DNA of 64,000 nucleotides from Octopus vulgaris (Eukaryota): NCBI GenBank assembly GCA_951406725.2, contig OX597832.1, positions 24,428,001 to 24,492,000 of the forward strand, read 5' to 3'. Shown piece by piece: positions 28,868 to 43,479 of this stretch (position 1 is its first letter; each line of letters starts with the position of its first letter). The notes under the pieces were generated by a model. It saw only the letters and a program-made list of their open reading frames with translations, ran no database searches and was not told where the DNA came from. The position numbers and the translations under genes were made by a program.

Positions 28868-29250
28868 GTTCTTTTACTTGTTTCAGTCATTTGACTGCGG
28901 CCATGCTGGAGCACCATCTTGAAGAGATTTAGTCGAGCAAATCAACCCCAAGACTTATTCCTTGTAAGACTAGTACTTATTCCACTGGTCTCTTTTGCTG
29001 AACCACTAAGTTACGGGTACGTAAACACGCCTACATCGGTTGTCAAGCGTTGGTGGGGGAGACAAACACAGACACCATCGGACATACGCGCACATACACA
29101 CATTCGACGGGCTTCTTTCAGTTTCCGTCTACCAAATCCACCCACAAGGCTTTGGTCAATCTGAGGCTAGAGTAGCAGACACTTGTCCAAGGTTCCACGC
29201 AGTGGGACTGAACCCGTAATCATGTGGTTGTGAAGCAAGCTTCTTAACGC
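28868..29250 (-). mobile_element. SINE family A
   Basis: Homology to other copies. Confidence 0.8.
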
Positions 29251-29353
29251 CTTCACCTATTTACGTACATATATTTATACATCTTTGTACATATTTATAC
29301 ATCTTATACATTTCAAGTTTGCCTTCTCTTTTCATATGTATATATGTCTATAT

Positions 29354-29573
29354 CAGTGCTTTTCAAACTTTTTGCTGGAGCGGAACCCCAAGGAAACATT
29401 CCACTGGCTCGAGGAACCCCTGTGCAATAATTTAATAGTCTTATGCACACATATCTGCACAGGAGAATTAAAAATTACTGCCGGTTTTTAGCAGTTCTGT
29501 AACTTCTTGCGGAACCTCTGGACTGTACTGGCGGAACCCTAAGGTTCCGCGGAACCCTGGTTGAAAACCACTG
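29354..29573. mobile_element. hAT (Charlie-like) MITE
   Basis: TIRs CAGTGCTTTTCAA / TTGAAAACCACTG; perfect 8-bp TSD GTCTATAT at 29346-29353 and 29574-29581. Confidence 0.92.
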
Positions 29574-29818
29574 GTCTATATACTTCGTACATGAAAACTT
29601 TCATCTGTTTGTTTGAATCATTGTCTCTACAAGAAATATTCGTAGCGGACATCACTTGGTGTTAAAAGATCCCAGTAGAGTCCGCTCTAACGAACAGCCA
29701 TCTTAAAGTGGCTACGAATATTACGTGTCAGTAAAACTACTGCGTTGATCTCTAAGAGAGATTTTAGAACTAGCATTTTCGCTTATTGTCTCTATGCTTA
29801 TTTATGTATCTATTACAG

Positions 29819-29945
29819 GTTGCCCCGCCGGTGTTGAATTTTCTAAGTATTATTATTTCGAACGCACGTGTACGAGATGTATTTGTTACGCGCCATTAAA
29901 AATCAAGGGTGTAGTACGCGTCTCGGAGCGCGTGAATTGTGAATC
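29819..29945 (+). CDS. Internal exon of a single-VWC-domain (SVWC)/toxin-like cysteine-rich protein
   Basis: TATTACAG| ... |GTAAGT; xCPAGVEFSKYYYFERTCTRCICYAPLKIKGVVRVSERVNCES; phase 2 joins in frame to 30854. Confidence 0.8.
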
Positions 29946-29980
29946 GTAAGTCGAATTTATTTCAAACTATACGTACAGGA

Positions 29981-30011
<31 letters not shown>

Positions 30012-30074
30012 TATACATACACAGATACACGCACTCATGCACACAGATAACACACACGCACACACACACATCTC

Positions 30075-30282
30075 TCTTTTACTCTTTTACTTGTTTCAGT
30101 CATTTGACTGTGGCCATGCTGGAGTACCGCCTTTAGTCGAGCAAATCGATCCCAGGGCTTATTCTTTGTAAGCCTAGTACTTATTCTATCGGTGTCTTTT
30201 GCCGAACCGCTAAGTTACGGTGACGTAATCACACCAGCGTCGGCTGTCAAGCGATGTTGGGGGGACAAACACAGACACACAG

Positions 30283-30322
<40 letters not shown>

Positions 30323-30369
30323 GACGGGCTTCTTTTAGTTTCCGTCTACCAAATTCACTCACAAGGCTT

Positions 30370-30371
<2 letters not shown>
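30075..30371 (-). mobile_element. Truncated SINE family A (intronic)
   Basis: Homology to other copies. Confidence 0.8.
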
Positions 30372-30403
<32 letters not shown>

Positions 30404-30853
30404 CATAGCAAATACACAGAGCAAACGTACACATACATACATTCATGCATACATAAATACATACATGCATGCATGCATGTATGCATATATACATGCATAC
30501 ATGCATACACACATGCACACGGACATATATATGTATATATGCATACATACATACATATACGCACACATACATACACATACATATATACATGCATACACGC
30601 ACACATACATACATGCATGCATGCATACATACTTACACGAACTTTCCGGACAACCCAATATTTATCACGTTTTAAGAAGAATAGTACTGACAGTGACTTC
30701 GAAGTCACTGCCGATACTGTTCTTGTTAAAGAATAATACACAGAGTGACACACACACACAAGCACACACAGACACAGACACACACGAACACGCGTGTGCG
30801 CGCACTCACACCTGCATGCACACAAACATTGATCTTTCATTTCTCTATCAAAG

Positions 30854-30947
30854 GTGTGGTGTGGTGCAGCTGGATTGTGAAGAAAGAGAACGAGTCGAAC
30901 CCGGCAGCAAATATCCACGTTGTTGTCAATATAAATGTAAAGAGTAA
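30854..30947 (+). CDS. Terminal exon of the SVWC/toxin-like protein
   Basis: Pyrimidine tract + AAG acceptor; CGVVQLDCEERERVEPGSKYPRCCQYKCKE*, with the YPxCC motif; AATAAA at ~30984. Confidence 0.8.
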
Positions 30948-31319
30948 AAAACGGAACAGAATTTCTCCTTTCTTTAGAAAAAAAATAAAAGAAAAGAATA
31001 CAAAAAACAAAAAACAAAAACAAAACAAACTAAAGACTATCATGTTGAGTTATCCGAGTAAATAAACTGAATTAATTAGGATAATGACCTTAAAATGTTG
31101 TTGTTATTAAGATTATAATTCTGCGAAATATTCATTTTATCTTAAGAATGGATTGCATCTTTAACGTGTAAACTACGTATTTTCTCTTAGTTACAATCCC
31201 CCCTCTTGTTTTGACACGTTATATTGTCTCAGATTGGAATCGAAGCCAGCCTGGATCCATGAAGATATTCAAGAATACGATGCCAAATAACGATTAGGAT
31301 GATACACGATGGCTGCCCA

Positions 31320-32115
31320 TTCGTGAACGAGGAAGACTATTGGTGACCTTCAGGAACATTTTGCGCTCTAGGACTAAACTTATATTTTGCATTTGCAGCT
31401 CCGTATGTGGCAAATGAACCCTGCTCTTGACAAGCATACACGACTACAAACATTGCAGACCAAGCTTTTCCCATTCACTACACCAGCATATATATATATA
31501 TATACATATAGTTGGAATTTACAAAAAAAGCAAAAGACGAAGACAGGTGTATGAACAACAAACAGGTGTATTAGTTTAACGCTCGGGAAGGTGAGAATAT
31601 ATATACCCTTATACATATATATACATGATGATGATGATAATAAGGATGATAGCCGTCCACTCGTGACCAAGGAAGACCATTGCCGACCTTCAGGAACATT
31701 GTGCGCTCTAGGACTAACTTATATTTTGCTTTTGCGGCTCCGTTGGTGGCTAATGAGCCCTGCTCTTGACAAGCATACACGACTGCAGACATTACAAACC
31801 AAGCTTTCCCCATTCACTACACCAGCAGTGCGCTTTCGAGCAGCACGCTTAAGTTTTTCATGCAGAATAGGTGCTCTCTCAAAAGTGTCGGCCCTCTCAT
31901 TAACCTGCTTCCTCCATCTGTGGCGATGACAGGCAGTGCTCTCCCATTCAGTCTCCTACATATCACAGGCCTTTAATAAGGACTTGACACAGTCCTTAAA
32001 TCGCAGCCTTGGTTTCTTCCGAGATATCTTTCCATTCACAAGTTCCCCATGTAGCATCTGCTTAGGGATCCTGCTACCCTTCATTCTAATAAGGTGTCTA
32101 GTCCAACGTAACCGG
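31320..32115 (-). mobile_element. RTE/BovB-like LINE 3' end with a duplicated tail
   Basis: RLRWTRHLIRMKGSRIPKQMLHGEL...PRLRFKDCVK and C2H2-like CNVCSRVCLSRAGLISH; 31320-31490 duplicates ~31660-31830. Confidence 0.85.
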
Positions 32116-32399
32116 TGCATGTGTGAATGCATGTGTGTGCTTGTGTTCTTGTCACAACCGCTTGACAACCGTTGTTGACCTTTTTTTATACGTATCCGTA
32201 ATCTTCCGGTTCGGCAAAAGAATACAATAGAATAAAAACCAAACTTCAAAGAATAAATACTGGGGCCAGGTGTTTCGGCAAAACGCTCCAAGGCATTGCT
32301 CCAGCATGGCTGCAGCCCAATTACTGAAATGAGTAAAAGACAACGGATAAAAGATATTAGCTGCAGCTTATTTTCTTAGTGTATTCGACGAGTATTGTG

Positions 32400-32650
32400 T
32401 GGGAGGCGCGTGGCTTAGTGGTTTGGTGTCAGCAACATGATCGTAAGATTGCGGTTTCGATTCCTGGACTGGGGGACGCGTTGTGTTCTTGAGCAAAACA
32501 CTTCATTTCACGTTGCTCCAGTCCACTCAGCTGGCAAAAATAAGTAACGCTGCGATGGACTGGCGTCCCGTCCAGCCAGGGAACACATGCGCCATAGAAA
32601 CCGGGAAACCGGGCCCATGAGCCCGGCTAGGCTTTAAAATGGCGCATTAT
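32400..32650 (+). mobile_element. tRNA-derived SINE family C
   Basis: GGAGGCGCGTGGCTTAGTGG..GGTTTCGATTCC; related copies at 41448, 41801 and 58237. Confidence 0.75.
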
Positions 32651-33538
32651 TTATTTATTCGACGAGTATTGTATCCGGGTCTTAAGTTTTAGTTTGTATT
32701 TGATATCAGTAAAGCTTCCACGGCTTTACTTCTCGGTTCCTACAGAACGGGATATAAAACATTTGTATTTATAAGAAAAAGGACAGCGTTCGTTAATGTT
32801 CAGAAAGGAGAGAAAACTTAGCTCAGATCAGACCAAAGATTTGACCTCAACAACTTGCCACTGGGTAGATTTTGCTGAAAGTATCCAACACCCAAGAACT
32901 CGGGGGTTGTTAAGTGAAGCAGATTAATATTTATCGATGCAGACCATCTCTAGTTTCCACATATTTCACAGGTTTCTTGTTGACTTTCGTCAATGGAAAA
33001 GTTTATCTCGATAAAAATCGATCAAATCCTGTAATTGAATCGCGATTACAGCCTGCAAAGACACGAGTCTCATCTAATTCTCTCAGACCATTTTAAGAAG
33101 CGTATTAGCAGATTTTATTAACGAATCTAGAAATTACACATATTAAACTAAATTTTATATTTGTCGAAGAACTAATCCGAAATTGAACAAAGAATTCATG
33201 TTTACATTTCTACATCAAGTGTTGGTGTATAATGGTAAAACTGAAACGAAATAAATACAGCGACAGAAAATACAGGGTCTTTGATTTCGTGTGATCATCA
33301 AGAACTTCAACAAAACATCTAGAGAAGTATTTCACTTAATCCCAAACATAAATGCATTCACGACGAAAGTATCGCATTTTCTAAAATGCAAATAGTTCCA
33401 GGCAAGTATTTGGAGTTATAGAGTTAAAAGAAACACGTTAGAATAATTTAGTGGTGGGAGATAGAAAGGATAAGGAAAGATAAAAATATATTTACAGAGA
33501 TAATAGGTTGATAGATAGATAGATAGAGAGTGGGATAA

Positions 33539-33579
<41 letters not shown>

Positions 33580-33737
33580 ATTATTATAAATTTGGGATAT
33601 TTACCAATAGATAAGCAACTCCTATTTGAGGACAATCTCATGGTATGGTATACACAGAGAAAATATGTAATAATAATATTATAAAATATACATTTTACAT
33701 TTAGTAAACTTCCTGATAACCTGGAATACTTGTTATT

Positions 33738-33816
<79 letters not shown>

Positions 33817-33827
33817 TACATATATAC

Positions 33828-33904
<77 letters not shown>

Positions 33905-34142
33905 ATGAAATACATTCAATGAGAATACAGTATACTGAATTTCGAATAAGCGCTCTTGATAGGGAAATGTCTAAAACCTTAAAGGTATTTAGAGATTTAA
34001 TAAGAGCGATTATAAATTATAAAGTAAGAGCAAGAAAAAGTACATAAAAAAACCCCACATAATATATACATCCGTAATATAAATAATATTGTATTAATAG
34101 ATAAATATATAAAGTATGATTATATAAAAAAAGTTCGAGATA

Positions 34143-34231
34143 TCTTACGTTCGTTTCATGAATGTATTACTCTTCGAAATGAAATCCAAAATTGATAATC
34201 ATTATTGGGTAATACATCCTCTCGTCAGAGA
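34143..34231 (-). ncRNA. Type I HHR with long stem II
   Basis: TCT-CTGACGA-GAGGATGTATTAC...GTAATACATTCAT-GAAA-CG AA CG-TA-AGA. Confidence 0.75.
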
Positions 34232-34302
34232 AGAGGATGAATAACCGTGTAGTCAATCGAATGAGAGAGATGTTATTCAAAAACTTATGATTAAAGATGT
34301 TA

Positions 34303-34753
<451 letters not shown>

Positions 34754-35163
34754 AAAAAAAGTTACTGGTATAGATGTGCATTGGTACAAACTTGGGCAAA
34801 AAATTTTGAAAAAAATAATATAAATCTGTGGTAAAATCATTTGTAGTAATCCATAATTACTGTATTTAGATAGAATTCCCATAATTCCGTTCTTCTCTGC
34901 AAAAATGGATTACATACACAGAAGATAAAGAAGCGGAAGAAATACCGCTGAGCAATTTGTCGGACGTGCTAACGATTTTGCCAGCTGGCCAGATCAATGA
35001 AATTTTGCGATATTGCAGATCAATAAAATTATCAACAGAATTCTTCACACACTAAAAAAAAAAAAAAGTGAGAGAGAGAGGTGATAATTTAGTGTATGTA
35101 AAACTAAACATAGAGCTAAAACTGTAATCTATAAGTAAAAAAAAAATCTTCAAAACGAATATA

Positions 35164-35255
35164 CGCCCACAGAGGGACTCGAACCCGCGACCCTCAGATA
35201 GCCTCTAAGGTTAATACATAAAAGTCTGATGCTCTACCGACTGAGCTATGCGGGC
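35164..35255 (-). tRNA. trnK-UUU: tRNA-Lys(TTT) with a 19-nt intron (35200-35218)
   Basis: GCCCGCATAGCTCAGTCGGTAGAGCATCAGACTTTTA[TGTATTAACCTTAGAGGCT]ATCTGAGGGTCGCGGGTTCGAGTCCCTCTGTGGGCG; intact A/B boxes, one T-stem mismatch, downstream T-run terminator. Confidence 0.92.
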
Positions 35256-35588
35256 GGACGATCGTTGGCCTATCATATTATGTATAAATGCAAGATTGAT
35301 AACGCTTTATTCGTTGTGCTGTGCGTTGAGAGTTCATCGTCAGTCAATTGTTTATGACGAACGGAAATACAAAAGAAACGTCAGTAAACGTTGGACAGTG
35401 TTTTATGCGCCACCGCTTAATTCTTCCATTTAGTTTTTCTGAACAAAAACGATTTCTATCCTCGACTGAGGAAAGAAAACTCCGAATGACCCGTCCTTGT
35501 TTTCTTTGTATCGTCTGTCTGGATGTTTCGTTGTCTTATTTTTGTATCACCTAGCTGTCCAGATGTTTTGTGTTCTTGTCTCATTTTT

Positions 35589-35634
<46 letters not shown>

Positions 35635-35749
35635 TTTCGGGTTCAGTCCCACTGCGTGGCACCTTTGGCAAGTGTCTTCTACTAATAGCCTCAGGTAGAC
35701 TAAAGCCTTGTGAGTAGATTTGGTAGACGGAAACTGAAAGAAGGCTATC

Positions 35750-35815
<66 letters not shown>

Positions 35816-35883
35816 GTGTGTGTCTGTATCTATATTTGCCCCCATCCCTTTAAGGGATGACTGAAGCAAGTAAAGAAATAAAA

Positions 35884-35961
<78 letters not shown>

Positions 35962-36015
35962 GAAATATTAAAATAACTAAGTCTCTCTAAAAGAGAACAG
36001 CGGCAGCGTTCCCGG

Positions 36016-36344
<329 letters not shown>

Positions 36345-36393
36345 GGCGGTGCCCCAGCATGGCCACAGCTCATTAGCTGAAACTGGAAAAATC

Positions 36394-36443
<50 letters not shown>

Positions 36444-36516
36444 CGGGAAGCTTTATGAAAATAGACAAAAGACGAAGGCAGGTGGAAAACAAACGAACAA
36501 TTGTATTAGTATGATA

Positions 36517-36548
<32 letters not shown>

Positions 36549-36661
36549 CATATGTATACACACACGCACATATATATAAATATATATATATATATACAAC
36601 AATTTTTCTATGTTTGTGTTCGTGGAGGTGCATTAAAAGAAATGGGAGAGGCGAATGAATT

Positions 36662-37618
36662 TCATTTGGTGGTGTTTCCATATTCTGCCGACTGCCGAAT
36701 ATAGCGACTAACGGACAGATTTCTCCGAGACTCATGCATTTCTTCACCAAGCATCCGAAGAACTTTATTTCTCTCTTTCATAAATTGTACCGTTGTGACT
36801 TTCTCCATCCATTGATACACCATACCTATACGCCTGGTCAGTTCGAAATGCCTGCGGTGATGGCCAGCGTCCGAAGAACTCAAAAGGCCGCTCTGACACA
36901 CCGGTTTCCACTTCAGATTGAGCTGAAGAGCTGCTCGGGAAACCTTGCTCTGGCGATGTTCAGTGGTCTGAGGTCTGTGCTGGCTTTCAAAACATCTGCC
37001 AAATTTCGTTCGCATATCATCAACTGTATTTTGTCTAACCATAAAAGGGTTGATTTGATCATTGTCTCGAATATATTGCAAATACTCAAGCAGACAATGA
37101 GAATTAAGAATTTCGTTTTCTTTTGGCTTCTTAGCGCTAGTCTTCGCTGTTTCTTTCAGTTTCTCTCTCCGATCTATTTTGCCGTTCAATTCTAAATTGA
37201 CACCTGGGTTCTCTATATTTCCTTCTTTATTCTCATTCTCTTTTGCAAGACCGTCGCAGAGAAACTCTCCTTTGATATCTACATTCATACCACGGGGCAA
37301 ACCTTTAACGTCACTAGTAATATTTGATTGTAATTTTGGTAAATCTTTCATCTTGTATTCTTCAGCTTGAAATATATTCTGTCTTTGATTTTCCAAATGA
37401 CCTTCAGAATTTAGTTTTTCCCGTAGAACATTAGCATGACAATCAAAGAAAGTTCGTTTCGGGAGACATCTTAGTAATTCTCCCATCGTAAATTTAGATC
37501 TAGATGTTTTGCGAATTTTTTTTCGATTATCGATATTCTTCGATATATTAGGAACGCAATCCTTTCTTGTTGCAAATTCTTGCAGGGAAATGTCACAAAT
37601 ATTCTTACTAGCTGACAT
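36662..37618 (-). CDS. 318-aa uncharacterised hydrophilic protein (probably a single coding exon)
   Basis: Longest non-repetitive ORF in the window; acceptor TTGTAG 24 nt upstream with an in-frame TAA before the ATG; no transposon motifs recognised. Confidence 0.65.
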   Translation of the reverse strand: MSASKNICDISLQEFATRKDCVPNISKNIDNRKKIRKTSRSKFTMGELLRCLPKRTFFDCHANVLREKLNSEGHLENQRQNIFQAEEYKMKDLPKLQSNITSDVKGLPRGMNVDIKGEFLCDGLAKENENKEGNIENPGVNLELNGKIDRREKLKETAKTSAKKPKENEILNSHCLLEYLQYIRDNDQINPFMVRQNTVDDMRTKFGRCFESQHRPQTTEHRQSKVSRAALQLNLKWKPVCQSGLLSSSDAGHHRRHFELTRRIGMVYQWMEKVTTVQFMKERNKVLRMLGEEMHESRRNLSVSRYIRQSAEYGNTTK

Positions 37619-37729
37619 CTTGAATTTACTTCTTTAGTTAGCCTACAATGTGTGTGTGTGTAAATATATGTGTATATAGACGTAAATACGTATAAATGAA
37701 TTATATATGTATAGATATGTATTTGAATG

Positions 37730-37760
<31 letters not shown>

Positions 37761-37791
37761 TTATGTATGTATGTAGGTAGGTAGGTAGGTA

Positions 37792-37836
<45 letters not shown>

Positions 37837-37945
37837 GTCTATCTATCTATATCTATATATAGATATATAACTATGTATGTTATATATGTATATAGTTCTA
37901 TATAGGTGTATCCAAATATATCAAATACATGCTATAGATATGCAC

Positions 37946-38014
<69 letters not shown>

Positions 38015-39470
38015 TGTGTATGTGTGTTCTCTCTCTCTGCCTCTCTAAGTATATATATATATATATATATATGTAATGTATATGTATTCGAGCACCTACA
38101 TAGAAGGCAAATGAACGCTGTGTGACATGAACACGTATCTATATATATATCACTTTACGAATTCTTTGTGCTTCTCCTGATTGTTAAACAGTTCTGTCTG
38201 CAAGAATGGATACAAATACAAAAGTAACAAACAACAACAACAACTAATAACCCAGTAAGGAACACATAACAAATGAGTCAAATTTGTGTCAGTGAAACCA
38301 AGTCTATGAATATTGCTGCCAGCCACCAAAAGATACCTGAAGGAAAAATCCGGTTCTTAGAATAGTTTTATCATTAACTCATTTTATATTCTTCTAGAAA
38401 GATCTTTGGCTCTATAACGTTCTTTATTCGTATTCATATCCATTGTCTTTTTTTTTATTCTCTCTCTCCGTGCTAAATTGTATTTCTGTGAAAAAAAAAA
38501 AAAGAAAAGAAATTCCTTTCTCTGCTGCTGTATCTGTGTTTGTTTCAGAAATTTTATAAAGAAATTTGTTTTCATTTAACAGTGTCTCTTTTATCACCGG
38601 AATATTAACAGGTTATATTCTTCTTTGTGTTGTTGACCACGATTCTTTTCTCCTCGCGGATTCAAATATCCATATATGGAAGTAAACAAACGGAAGATGC
38701 TCTGCAAATATAAAAGTAAAAATGAAAATTCTAAAGATATTTACAACATTAGTACAAAAGAAGGAATTTGCTTGAGGTGGAGTTAGACAATCACCTCGAT
38801 TCTAGGGAATAAAATATTGAAATCTCTGGCCTCGCGTCTGATTTCAGACATTTTCTGCAGACGTTTTGCAGTTTCTGCCTAAGAATATTTTACCCTATTC
38901 AGGTACAACACCGACTTACCGGACACTGAGGGCCCAGAACCTCTTATAATCCCCACTAATTTATACTAAGGTACTGATATCTGTATTTCAGTAAATTATT
39001 AAAGTAAATTTCATATTTGTTTAATTTAGAGCAATGGTTCCCGAACTTTTTCGGGCTGTCGTCGCCCTTCGCATACAGGCCGCATTCCTTGCGCTCTCCT
39101 TTCACCACCACCACCACCATAAATACCCCAAAGAGTTTCGGGCGAGTTGCTAGAAATAGCAGACGCATTAAACGTTTTGGCGTATTTATTGTTGCAATTT
39201 TAAATTTAGAATTCAAAATCTGTGAAGGTTTAAATTGAATTCAATCACTCAGAAATAAATATATAGTGAGAAATGTAGACGTATAAGATGATTAGTATAA
39301 ATATTTTTTAATGCAGGCAACATTAAGACGCTAAGGACACTTAAATAGATAATGAGGCATATGGGAATACAGAGAGATAGATAATTAAGTTAGTTTAAAC
39401 ATAATGAATGTGGAATAATTAGAAACGCTGGAGGAGACAGATAGAATCATTTAAAATATCTAAAGCTAAA

Positions 39471-39870
39471 GGAGTGGCTGTGTGGTAAGTAGCTTGCTTA
39501 CCAACCACATGGTTCCGGGTTCGGTCCCACTGCATGGCACCTTGGGCCGACCAAAGCCTTGTGAGTGGATTTGGTAGACGGAAACTGAAAGAAGCCCGTC
39601 GTATATATATATATACATATATATATATATACATATATATGTATATATATAAATGTGTGTGTGTATGTATATGCTTGTGTGTCTGTGTTTGTCCCCCAAC
39701 ATCGTTTGACAACCGATGCTGGTGTGTTTACGTCCCCGTCACCTAGCGGTTCAGCAAGAGAGCCCGATAGGATAAGTACTAGGCTTACAAAGAATAAGTC
39801 CTGGGATCGATTTGCTCGACTAAAGGGCAGCGCTCCAGCATGGCTGCAGTCAAATGACTGAAACAAATAA
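39471..39870 (+). mobile_element. SINE family A
   Basis: Homology to other copies. Confidence 0.85.
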
Positions 39871-40227
39871 ACTAAAAGTATATTCGTAAATATATAATGG
39901 AATACAGAGGCGGATGATAAATAGTTAAGTTAACATTTAATACAGAAACAATCTGCATATGGTTTCAAATTTTGGTACGCGGCCTACAATTACAGAGAAG
40001 GGAACTAGTCGATACTATCGACCAAGTGCTCAACTGGATCCTATAAAGGAGCTGTTGTGGTGGCAGACCACGAAACACGGTTGAAATTCCCACTGGAGCA
40101 ACGTGAAATAAAGTGTCTTGCTCAAAACCACAACACGCAGCCCGGTCCGGGACTCGAACTTACAACCTCACGATCTAACCACTGAGCCATGCTCCTTCAC
40201 ATTTACAAGTACGTATTTATACTTATA

Positions 40228-40626
40228 CTATCAGTATCGCTCGGCGTTGCTCGGGTTTGTAAGGGAAATAACTATATAAGCATTTTTAGAGAGTTATAGC
40301 CAAAAAATAGCAAAAAAAAATGCATTAAAAATGGAAAAAAAATGATGGTAAATGTTTTTAAAATCGTTGACACATCGTAGACATTTTTAGAGAGTTACTT
40401 CCCTTATATAATAGCGAAAAAATGCATTAAAATGGAAAAAAATGATGGTAAATTATTTTTAAAATCATAGACTCATCGTAGACGCGCGCTAATACCCAGA
40501 AGGGCTCGATATGAATCACGACTATAAGATACCCGGTTTTGGTTACACTGCACCGCAAAATGTGGGAGTAGTTAGGAATCTAAATCGTAGGAGACAGACA
40601 CACAACCTCTCTTTTATATATAAAGA
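40228..40626 (-). mobile_element. Non-autonomous Helitron (~400 bp)
   Basis: Near-identical to 16887-17284; terminal CTAG mutated. Confidence 0.8.
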
Positions 40627-42893
40627 TATGTATCGACCCTGGAATGATGACAGGCAAAGTTGACTTCAGCAGAATTTGAATTCAGAACGTACGAAATGCT
40701 TCTAAGCATTTTTGTTCGGCGTGCTAACGACTCTGCCAACTCGCCGTCTCAGGAAAATTTATTTAGACATTGGATTCAAATTTTGGTACAAGGCCAGCAA
40801 GTTGGGGGTGTGGGAAGGAGGAGGTAAGTCGATTACATTGACCCCCGTCGCTCAACTGGTACTTATTTTTATCACCCCGAAAATAGATGGAAGGCAAAGT
40901 TGATCTCGGTTGGTGTAATTTGACTCAGAGCGTAAAGACGAACGAAATGATGCAAAGCATTTTGCCCAGCGTGCTAACGGTTCTTTCAACTCACCGCCTT
41001 CAGGAAAATTCGAATATTTACTAGAAATAGTTATATGGTGAACAGAAGGAAAGAGAAAAGTCAAAAACATCTTTTTATTAACCCTTCGTTAGTCACCTGA
41101 CCTTTCCGAACATGGTTAGTCACATGGGGTGTTTACATGTTTTAGTATTATGTAGCATATACTCGTTCTGTTGGCTCAAGACATATCTGCATTCACTGCT
41201 GAGAAGTTTGAAATGCTTGGAGCGGATTGATATTAATATGAAACAATACAATAAAATAAATCATAAAATTAAGGAAAAACTAAAAAAAATCTTAGATTCA
41301 AATCACATTTACTTGAAAATACCCACAGAATACACCATTTTGAGGTATTTCTTTTCATGTCTATGATGAATATTAACATTAAAAAAATAAGATAATCTCC
41401 GTTACAATATGCATTAAATCAAAACTTGAACTGTGTTAGTCACATGGGTGGAGGCGCGTGGCTTAGCGGTTAGGGTGTCAGCACCATGATCGTAAGTTTG
41501 TGGCATCGATTCCAAGACCGGGCGACTCGTTGACATTAATTGCTCTATCTTCTACATATAACTGGCTACTAATGTAAATATTTCAAGTCTTTTTATATAT
41601 TTTATCAAACTGATTGTATTGTATATATTTTTTGTATTTATTTCTCATTAACAATCTCTGTATTATACACAAAACATATGTTGCAACGCTACTTCAGCTC
41701 ATTTGGTTCGGAACTTTCTTAACAATGATCCGTAATGAACTTCATCGGGGGTACTGTAGTTGATAAGAAGCCGAATTAAAATCTTGCATTATTAGCTTCG
41801 TAGGCGCGTGGCTAAGTGGTTAGGGTGTCAGCATCATGATCGTAAGGTCGTGGTTTCGATTCCTGGGCACTTCATTTCACGTTGCTCCAGTCCACTCAGC
41901 TGGCAAAAATGAGTAACGCTATGATGGACTGGCGTCCCGTCCAGCTGGGGAACACATACGCCATAGAAACCGGGAAACTGGGCCTGGCTGGGCTTTAAAA
42001 GGGCGCATTTATTACTAGAGGTCGACTTTGCATTTCATCCTTTCGGTGTCGATAAATTAAGTACCAGCTACGAACTGGGGTCGATGTAATCGACTTAATC
42101 CGTTTGTTTGTCCGTGTTTGTCCACTGTGTTTAGCCCCTTGTGGGTAGTAAAGAAATATGTTAGTTACAAGGGGTAACTAGACAAAAACGATGTCTACCT
42201 CCCTCGACAAGTGATCCACGGCTGCGTCACACCATCTGCAACACACCCTCATTCAAATCGACTGTACTTAGTGGGACAGTGGATTTATCAGTCGATTAGA
42301 ACCACGATATATAAACGAAGAACTTGGTATCTCAACGACGTACACACAATTCTGCTTCGATTTTAACATGCAATAAATATTGTAATGAATATTTATTTAT
42401 TTTATTTTTAGCTGTTAACACTTGCTGTTCACTTGGAATAAATTCGCAACATTATTTAGCAAATTTGGAATTTGATTATAAAGATTAAGAAAAATAAAAA
42501 AATAATTAATTTCTAAAACAAAATGCAAAAATATATAAATACATAAAAATTAATTGATAATTAAAAGGAAAAACAAATCAACAAATTAAGAACAACCTGT
42601 CTGCTTGTAATCTATTTAATTAAATGAAATTAAAATCCTAGCATCATAAAATATTTTAGAAATGTGTTTTTTAACAGATAAAAGGGAATTATTTAATTAC
42701 TCTTAGAAGAGGAATAAACATTTTTATAAATAATTAAATATATTAAATTACAGAAAAATGTTAATAAAATAATAAAATATATATAGAACCGCCAAGTAAA
42801 TAAATATTCGTCGACGTACACAAACGCATGCGCAGACACATAGATACTTATACACATGTACACATACGTCAGCGTGCACACACAGACAGAAAG

Positions 42894-43210
<317 letters not shown>

Positions 43211-43479
43211 AGAGAGAGAGGGGGGAAAGAAAGTCTTAATAATGTTAATTATATAAGAAATACAATATAGCTTTATTCAGTTGCCCTCCGGGGCCAGATA
43301 TACAAAAGGTTGATTCAAAAGACAATCTTTTGGAAAGGGCTTTCTACAGGTGTAAGAATACTTATTAAAGCTTTAGTTTCTGCTCTGTTAAAGCCTTCTT
43401 CATTATATAGCATCATAAGAGGCTTCTAGGTGCCTCGTATAATTCAATTATACATTCATACATACATACATGCATAACA

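Noticed and set aside
32970-33096. Possible plus-strand exon GFLLTFVNG...RPF*
   Set aside because: Acceptor present but no partner exon or recognisable motif.
36734-37195. 153-aa plus-strand ORF
   Set aside because: Antisense shadow of the 318-aa ORF.
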